A DNA stretch of 64,000 nt from positions 96,001-160,000 of the forward strand of contig CAYYQL010000002.1 of assembly GCA_964473825.1 (NCBI GenBank). The letters run 5' to 3'. The position numbers and the translations under genes were made by a program. This DNA is from an uncultured archaeon (GTDB lineage: Archaea > Asgardarchaeota > Thorarchaeia > Thorarchaeales > Thorarchaeaceae). The notes under the pieces were generated by a model. That model did no database searches. It worked only from the letters and a program-made list of their open reading frames with translations, and was not told the origin of the DNA. Below, in pieces: positions 57,593 to 64,000 of this stretch; the stretch's first letter is position 1; the number at the start of each line of letters is the position of its first letter.

Positions 57593-59815
57593 CTGAACGA
57601 TTCCCCAATTGAAATTATCTTTCCCATCTCTGAGGTCAATAGGATTGCAGAGAAGGAATCGACAGGATTTGGCAGAAGACACTATCGTCCAGTATACGTC
57701 ATGCACAAGTGGTGGGCGAGACGGTTGGGTTCTGTGTTTCGGGCGATACTATTGTATACTCTGGCTGATTCCAGCTTAGAAGGGTGGGATGGCAACCCGA
57801 AAAGCCTCTGGCAATTCTATGCTCGCGATGTAACTATGGAACCGAAGACTGTACTCGATCCAATGATGGGTGGCGGAACTACCATTGTTGAGAGTCTGAG
57901 ATTTGGATGTAGAGTCATAGGTGGAGACCTTAATCCTGTAGCTTGGTTTGTCGTCAAGAAACAGGTAGAAGACTTGGACCCGAAGCTGCTAGAGCAGAGT
58001 ATGAAGAAACTGGACGATGATCTGGGCGATGAACTGCGTCGCCACTATGTGACAAAATGCCCTGTATGTGGAAGAGATGCTGAGGGACTCTACTATTTTC
58101 ACACGAAGATGGTATCATGTCCTGACTGTGGTAGAGAACTCCCATTAGTCAGGGATTTCTTTCTTGCTCGCTCTCGCAGAGAAGAGGGGGATGTTGTGGT
58201 GTGTCCCAGCTGTTGGAACGTCTTTGAAACACCGGATGCAGAGAAACATACATCCTGCCCCCAATGTAGCAACGAGTTTGTTCCGAAAAAGTGCGGTCAT
58301 GTAAGGGGGAGAAGTTTCAGGTGCTGCGGTAAAGAGTGTGAGTCGCATAGCATTGTGGATCATATTCAGAAGAACGGGCGACCCTCAGAGAGGATGTATG
58401 CCGTTGAGTTCTACTGTCCCCATTGTGATGATGAGGAAGATTCAAGGCTTAAGAACGGGAGGGGATACAAGACGAGTGATGATCAAGATATACAGCTTCT
58501 CGAGGCTGCACGCGAGGAGTTCGAGAAAATAGGTCATAATTTGCCCATTCCAGACACGCGTATTCCTGATGGAGTTGAAACCCGACGGGCGTTAAACCAT
58601 CAATATAATCGGTTCCGAGATATGTTCAACAAACGTCAGCTGCTGAACCTTGGCAAAATATATCGTTGGATCTTGCAGGAAGAGAATGCGAATCTACGGG
58701 AGTTTCTGATTCTTGCATTCTCTAACTGCTTGAAGTACAACAACATGTTCTGCAAGTATAACGGAACGAGAGGCTTCATAACTGATATATTCCGTACGCA
58801 CTCCTTTTCGCCCTCGATGGCACCTGTCGAGTGCAACTGTTATGATATAACAAAGGGAAGAGGATCTTTCAGTGCCTTTGTGAACTTGGTCATCGAAGGG
58901 AAAGAGTACTGCATGAATCCTTTCGAGAGACACTTTCACCACGGGCAGATGAAGAAGACTCGAACGGAAACACCAATCTCCGGCAATGTCGTCGGTAGCT
59001 ACAAACAGTTAGAGAGTCCCGGAGACACCCTCTTGATGTGCAGTTCCTCTGCTCATCTAGAGATACCAGACAGTTCAGTTGATATCGTGGTCACCGACCC
59101 GCCATATGCGGACAACGTGATGTACTCTGAGCTGTCGAATTTCTTCTATGTCTGGCTGAAAATCGGGCTAGGTAGCGATTATGACGAATTCGGGAGTGCA
59201 CTGGTTCCTTGGGAATCGGAGGTGATAGCAAATAGAGTGCAGAACAAATCACCAGATGACTTCCTAGACGGCCTGCGCAGCATTCTTGAAGAAACAAATC
59301 GGGTGCTGAAGGAAAACGGAATACTTGTCTTCACATTTCATCACAAGTCCTTGGATGCATGGTCTTCTGTGCTGCAGGCTGTGCTAGATGCAGGATTCTT
59401 CATCCGGACAATCTATCCTGTTAGGAGCGAGATGAAGGCATCCACTCACTTTCTAGGCAAGAGCAACATCAAGTACGATGTGATTATTGTCTGTAAGAAG
59501 CGAAAAGAGAAAGGAGAATCCATCACTTGGGCTGAGTTGGCTTCAGAGATTCAGTCTTCTGCAACTCACCTAATGAAACGTATGAACTCCTCGGGTGAGG
59601 ACTTGGGACGGTTAGATAGATATGTCATTGCTGTTGGGAAGTGTTTGGAGCTCTATTCGCAATATTACCCGCAAGTCATAGAAGAGCAGATGCCGGTAGA
59701 TGTGAGAACCGCTGTTGAAAGAATTGAGAATTGGACTCTTGATATCGGTTTCAGAAGAACAGGAGTTGTGGTAGAAGACCAAGGACTGCAAGAATCACCC
59801 CAGTCAGAATCATAG
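57593..59815 (+). CDS. Adenine-specific DNA methyltransferase with Zn ribbons (DUF1156-like), CTG start
   Basis: HKWWARR, motif I DPMMGGGT, motif IV TDPPY, FTFHH, multiple CxxC; frame extends upstream of ATG 57701 to a CTG preceded by GGAGGT. Confidence 0.88.
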   Translation: MNDSPIEIIFPISEVNRIAEKESTGFGRRHYRPVYVMHKWWARRLGSVFRAILLYTLADSSLEGWDGNPKSLWQFYARDVTMEPKTVLDPMMGGGTTIVESLRFGCRVIGGDLNPVAWFVVKKQVEDLDPKLLEQSMKKLDDDLGDELRRHYVTKCPVCGRDAEGLYYFHTKMVSCPDCGRELPLVRDFFLARSRREEGDVVVCPSCWNVFETPDAEKHTSCPQCSNEFVPKKCGHVRGRSFRCCGKECESHSIVDHIQKNGRPSERMYAVEFYCPHCDDEEDSRLKNGRGYKTSDDQDIQLLEAAREEFEKIGHNLPIPDTRIPDGVETRRALNHQYNRFRDMFNKRQLLNLGKIYRWILQEENANLREFLILAFSNCLKYNNMFCKYNGTRGFITDIFRTHSFSPSMAPVECNCYDITKGRGSFSAFVNLVIEGKEYCMNPFERHFHHGQMKKTRTETPISGNVVGSYKQLESPGDTLLMCSSSAHLEIPDSSVDIVVTDPPYADNVMYSELSNFFYVWLKIGLGSDYDEFGSALVPWESEVIANRVQNKSPDDFLDGLRSILEETNRVLKENGILVFTFHHKSLDAWSSVLQAVLDAGFFIRTIYPVRSEMKASTHFLGKSNIKYDVIIVCKKRKEKGESITWAELASEIQSSATHLMKRMNSSGEDLGRLDRYVIAVGKCLELYSQYYPQVIEEQMPVDVRTAVERIENWTLDIGFRRTGVVVEDQGLQESPQSES

Positions 59816-60566
59816 TCATGAAAAAGCACACAGCGGTGTCTTTGAGCGTCCAGAAAGGTCTGCGAAGATACGTGCGAGTGTCTTGGTATCCGAAGCCGCG
59901 ACCGTCCATCGATAAAGACAGAGACTCAGCCTTGGTGAGCGCTGACACTAGTAAAGGGAAGAATGTGTAACGGATGGTTCGTAGTGTCTTACTTACTCCT
60001 CCCACCTTAGGATATACTCCCCTTGAGTGTTGAGCCATACGTACGGTTTCATTTTCTTGATCAAAGAGAGGCAAAAAGCGGAGTGCCACTACAAGTCCGA
60101 ACGCGTATCTGTAAGGGATTCCGATGTCTGTGAGAGCATAGGACAAGAGTGTGGGGTCAGTAGTGGCCACAAAGAGCATGCTGGATAGGACTATGACCAG
60201 GAAACGTAGCATTATGGAAACACCACGACTAATGCCGTAGTCTGTCACTGGGAGGGCAGGTCCAACGGGGCCAATCCTTGGAATCAGGTACCAGAAAACG
60301 GTTCCATTCATAGTAACAAGTACTTGAACAATGAACAGCAGAATGGAGAAGACAAGAATGAACCTCAGCTTTCGAACGACTCGTGCAAGAGATACCTTTG
60401 CTAGGCGAAAAGTAAGCAATAGAATGGACAAAACGAGAAGGCCGAATACCCCGTTCTGGTAAAGAATCACTGATGTATTCAAAGCAATTAGTATCCAGAA
60501 TTTTGTCAGGGGATGTAACTGGTGAATGGGGGACTTGACATCCATGAAACCGATTCTAGAAGGCAT
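59751..60566 (-). CDS. ecfT: ECF transporter transmembrane component T
   Basis: HP.TK, LRF.P, AQ.SRG and M.GRGF motifs. Confidence 0.9.
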   Translation of the reverse strand: MPSRIGFMDVKSPIHQLHPLTKFWILIALNTSVILYQNGVFGLLVLSILLLTFRLAKVSLARVVRKLRFILVFSILLFIVQVLVTMNGTVFWYLIPRIGPVGPALPVTDYGISRGVSIMLRFLVIVLSSMLFVATTDPTLLSYALTDIGIPYRYAFGLVVALRFLPLFDQENETVRMAQHSRGVYPKVGGVSKTLRTIRYTFFPLLVSALTKAESLSLSMDGRGFGYQDTRTYLRRPFWTLKDTAVCFFMTMILTGVILAVLGLLPQLLFF

Positions 60567-62014
60567 CAAACATCACCTGGTCTGTTGACGTATTCACTGC
60601 GTCCAAGTCTGCGAAGCTGATTCATGACATCGGCTGGCTTGCCATCGAGTAGAATCCGTCCATCGTCGATGAATACAATTCTGTCGCAGAACTGCACGGC
60701 AAACTGAGAGTCATGAGTCACAACAATGGCAGAGCCTCCACGATTTACTGTTGAGAGAATCATGCTCTGGACAAACTCGCGTCCCTGAACATCTTGGCCG
60801 ATGAAAGGTTCGTCAAGGAGGAGTAGTTCGGGTTCATGCATCATTATGGAAGATATGTTCAGTCTTCTCTTCTGACCGTGGCTTAGGGAGAAGGGATTCC
60901 GAGTACGAGTGTCAGCTAGTCCTGTCAGTTCAAGTAATTCATTGGCCCTTTCAAGGGCCTCCTCTTCCTCCAGTCCGAATATGTCTATGCCGAGAGTCTG
61001 TTCCCTCCATACGGAGGTTTCGAAGATTTGATGATTGGGGTTCTGAAAGACAACAGCAGTCTTTTTTGCAACAGCGGTCTTTGGCAAACTCTCTATTGTT
61101 TCTGAGTCCAGATAGACCAGACCCCTCTGAGGAGATAGCAGTCCTGCAAGAAGCAGCAGAAGGGTAGTCTTACCCGACCCATTATCCCCCATGAGAGCCA
61201 CAACCTCTTTTCTGGCCACTTCGATTGTGATATCCTGAACTGCATGTAGAGAGCCGTAGGAATACGCTATCGATTCTGCCCGAATCAGGGGACGATAATC
61301 TCGTTCAATTGGTGGTCTGATGGCCGAAGAGCTGAATTCGGATGATGGGCTGAAGGGCACGATATCATCACCTGTGAGGGACAATATCCTGTCTGCAATC
61401 GAACGCAGTTTCTCGAAACGATGTTCGATGCACAGTACTCCCATGCCCTGAGACCTTAGGTTTGATAGAACATGACGAAGCTTGGTCGCACCTGCGGGAT
61501 CAAGGCTTGAAGTGGGCTCGTCAAGTATCAGATAATCAGGCTCAGGTGCCAACATCGATGCAATGGCAACACGCTGCTTTTCGCCCCCCGAGAGCTGATA
61601 TGTAGCCCGATCTCTCAGGTCAGTGCGCTCCACTGCCTCGAGGGAACTGGTGACCCTTTGAGCTAGTTCACCTTCAGGAATTAGGAAGTTCTCGGGACCG
61701 AATGCTACTTCATCCGACACGCGCAGGGTACATAGCTGACCCTCGGGATCCTGTTGCACCAGAGCTATCTTCCGAGCTATCTCACTGATTCTCATCGAAT
61801 CTAAGTCATTGTCGTCAACTGCAACATAACCAGAGAGAGTGCCAGCTATTACGTGGGGGATGAATCCCGCGAGACATCTTGCTAGGGTAGACTTACCCGA
61901 ACCGGTTGGACCTGTAAGAAGGACAATTTCTCCTCTGTCCAAGTTCATTGAAACACTGTCAAGAACGATGCTTCCATCAACATATGAGAAACTGACATCT
62001 CTTGCCTCAAGCAT
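60566..62014 (-). CDS. ecfA: ECF transporter tandem ATPase
   Basis: Two Walker A motifs, LSGGE/LSHGQ signatures, DEP. Confidence 0.92.
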   Translation of the reverse strand: MLEARDVSFSYVDGSIVLDSVSMNLDRGEIVLLTGPTGSGKSTLARCLAGFIPHVIAGTLSGYVAVDDNDLDSMRISEIARKIALVQQDPEGQLCTLRVSDEVAFGPENFLIPEGELAQRVTSSLEAVERTDLRDRATYQLSGGEKQRVAIASMLAPEPDYLILDEPTSSLDPAGATKLRHVLSNLRSQGMGVLCIEHRFEKLRSIADRILSLTGDDIVPFSPSSEFSSSAIRPPIERDYRPLIRAESIAYSYGSLHAVQDITIEVARKEVVALMGDNGSGKTTLLLLLAGLLSPQRGLVYLDSETIESLPKTAVAKKTAVVFQNPNHQIFETSVWREQTLGIDIFGLEEEEALERANELLELTGLADTRTRNPFSLSHGQKRRLNISSIMMHEPELLLLDEPFIGQDVQGREFVQSMILSTVNRGGSAIVVTHDSQFAVQFCDRIVFIDDGRILLDGKPADVMNQLRRLGRSEYVNRPGDV

Positions 62015-62025
62015 TCTCTACCCGC

Positions 62026-63084
62026 CTAATAGATATGTAGCTCGGTCACCTGTCTTACCCAAACAGATCCCTCGTAGTTCCCGGCTATCAGCCAGAGGCC
62101 GTCACTAGATTCTGTAAGTAAAAGTCTTTGATCAGCTAGAACTGCCTCGAGATTGAAAGTAATTGTATACCCATCTCTGGCAATCACCTGTATACTACTC
62201 GTCTGTGGCTCTGGTTCTGCTACACCAATAATGGTTGATAGTAAGACCCCTGTGTAGTTAGTTGGAGGAATGTAGGTGTATGCCCCTTGGAGTTCTGCTA
62301 CAATAGTTACTTCATACTCTGAGAAATCAGCATGGTGATATATGTAGGGATTATCAACACGGCCCGTCACCGCACATGAATATGGATCAGCAAATACGTC
62401 TGCAATGGCTACCACGTAATAGGTGGACCCAAGAACAAGAAAGGTCACAAAGACAAACGCGGGAAGATTTCGTCGGATGATAACGGAACGGCCTTCTCTT
62501 TCTGTCACAGGAGGGTGATGTGTCAGACCCGCCTCATCTAGGAAACCCAGAGTTTCCCATGCAAAATAGCCGGCGAATATTATACCCGAACAGAATGCTA
62601 GTATCGTGATTAGGCCTATGTAGATCAAGGGTGTTCCGACAAAGTAGAAGAGCTGGAATGCGATAACGTTGGATGCGGACGACAGACCGGCGAAAAGCCA
62701 CCAGTTCAGTCGTTCCATGGCTGGTCTATCGGACGTAGCGTTAGGAGAAATCGAGGGAATATCAAGGATGATACCTTGAACAAGTGACACGATGACGGTC
62801 ACTATTCCATGTGTACTACCAGTGAACATCTCTACAAATCCTTTCAGGAAGCCAGCGAAAGTGCCAGAGCCACGTTTGGGGACAAGTACTCGAATCAACA
62901 CAATCCAGAAGACATGTAATCCTGCAATGATTTGTCCTGCACCGAAAGGGACTCCAACGGCGATATTAATCAGGTTTCCTAGATAACCAACAAAAGTGCT
63001 AAGAGCCCCACCTAACGAAGAGAGAATGAATAGTGTCACAAGTTCTCTTGTGGTCATAAGGTTCGAGAGGTTTTTCTCTGTCAT
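62026..63084 (-). CDS. ECF S-component fused to extracellular sulfite-oxidase-fold-like domain
   Basis: N-terminal multi-TM S-component (K.G.G...G...G.VE); C-terminal YTGV.L, A.DGY and G..WVR motifs. Confidence 0.7.
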   Translation of the reverse strand: MTEKNLSNLMTTRELVTLFILSSLGGALSTFVGYLGNLINIAVGVPFGAGQIIAGLHVFWIVLIRVLVPKRGSGTFAGFLKGFVEMFTGSTHGIVTVIVSLVQGIILDIPSISPNATSDRPAMERLNWWLFAGLSSASNVIAFQLFYFVGTPLIYIGLITILAFCSGIIFAGYFAWETLGFLDEAGLTHHPPVTEREGRSVIIRRNLPAFVFVTFLVLGSTYYVVAIADVFADPYSCAVTGRVDNPYIYHHADFSEYEVTIVAELQGAYTYIPPTNYTGVLLSTIIGVAEPEPQTSSIQVIARDGYTITFNLEAVLADQRLLLTESSDGLWLIAGNYEGSVWVRQVTELHIY

Positions 63085-63998
63085 GGTATCACCTCGATAA
63101 TCTGCGTGTAGCGGATCCACCGAGCCCCTGCTGAGAGGTATATGTTACAGCCCGTGCCTGGAGCTGATGTCTGAAGACAGTCCTCAATGCTGTACTGGCA
63201 ATCCTCCGGTAACATCACGAGTCGCAGCCCAATAGACCAGTCAGGAACGGTTGTTCCATTATAGGAATAGGCCAGTATCATGTCGCCTTGCAGCTGGTAC
63301 CAACTTTCGTTCGGATACACATTGCCATAGCAGAATTCTTGTTGGTAGCCATCATTAGCAATCACTCTAACTGTGTTTTCGGGAGTCATGCCACCCACTA
63401 GAGATAACAGGTCTGAAATCTTCACGCCTACGTAGTTACCTTGACCTTGCCAGTTTCCAAGCTGATTCTGGAAGGAGGAGAACCCCTCTATCGCTGGCAA
63501 TTGCATCAGATCTTCTATTGTTAGGGTTATGTCCTCGTCCTTACCCCGAACGACAACTTGATCTCTCGCAAAGGAAGGCTCTCCTAAGAGAATAGGTTCT
63601 ATCTCGATCTGCGAGTCGGACACTGTGACGTTGACATAGTGGTGTATGCCGCCCTTCTCAGCAGCTTCATAGAGAGTGGCACCTGCTCCACCCGTTATGA
63701 CATAGGTCACGTTGTTTCGATTACTGACATTGAACATATGGATGTGGCCTGCAAAGACCACATCCACCGATTCTGATTCGAAGATATCCATGAGGCGCAT
63801 GGCTGTTGTGGTGTTGAGTAATGTATGATTGCCCTCCGGTCGCGGGTCAAATGGCGGGATGTGTGTGAAGACGAATTTGTGCTGTGCCATCGCAGTGGAG
63901 AGGTCATTCTCAAGCCATTGCAGTGTTGTTTCTGATACATCCCCGGCCGATGAGTTGAAGATGATGAAATGCGCGCCACCAAAATCAAAGGAGTAGGT
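63081..63998 (-). CDS. Metallophosphoesterase fused to sulfite-oxidase-fold-like domain (5'-truncated)
   Basis: Frame open to window end (YSFDFG..HFI..NS, QWLE.DL, H.PP, AGH.H, TGGAG); then Y.GV.I, A.DGY, LAY..NG, GLRLV, WIR. Confidence 0.8.
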   Translation of the reverse strand, partial: TYSFDFGGAHFIIFNSSAGDVSETTLQWLENDLSTAMAQHKFVFTHIPPFDPRPEGNHTLLNTTTAMRLMDIFESESVDVVFAGHIHMFNVSNRNNVTYVITGGAGATLYEAAEKGGIHHYVNVTVSDSQIEIEPILLGEPSFARDQVVVRGKDEDITLTIEDLMQLPAIEGFSSFQNQLGNWQGQGNYVGVKISDLLSLVGGMTPENTVRVIANDGYQQEFCYGNVYPNESWYQLQGDMILAYSYNGTTVPDWSIGLRLVMLPEDCQYSIEDCLQTSAPGTGCNIYLSAGARWIRYTQIIEVIP

Positions 63999-64000
63999 GG

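Overview
Core-genome window of an archaeon. An Asgard archaeon, probably Thorarchaeia, is inferred from PolD, unsplit RpoB, Elf1, an OSTC/DC2-like protein, a PAC4-like protein and a small Arf/Rab-like GTPase. The window holds replication/repair genes (topA, XPD, radB, PolD DP2, RPA, Lhr, an SWS1-like SWIM protein), folate/pterin genes, a compact archaeal mevalonate cluster, egsA and carS, two ribosomal-protein/RNAP operons, aIF5B, EF-1alpha, SRP RNA, five tRNAs (one with two introns), an orphan Zn-ribbon adenine methyltransferase and an ECF transporter module. The unexplained signals of most interest are: (1) a ~180-bp structured non-coding element present twice in inverted orientation around a sufS/wHTH/elf1 cassette; (2) two tandem, mutually similar micropeptides behind a palindromic operator in the slot where EF-2 normally lies; (3) an ECF S-component and a phosphoesterase that share a Cys-less sulfite-oxidase-like domain; (4) structured leaders and an identical 15-bp promoter in front of both RNAP operons. 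All protein calls come from motif recognition by eye; no searches were run.
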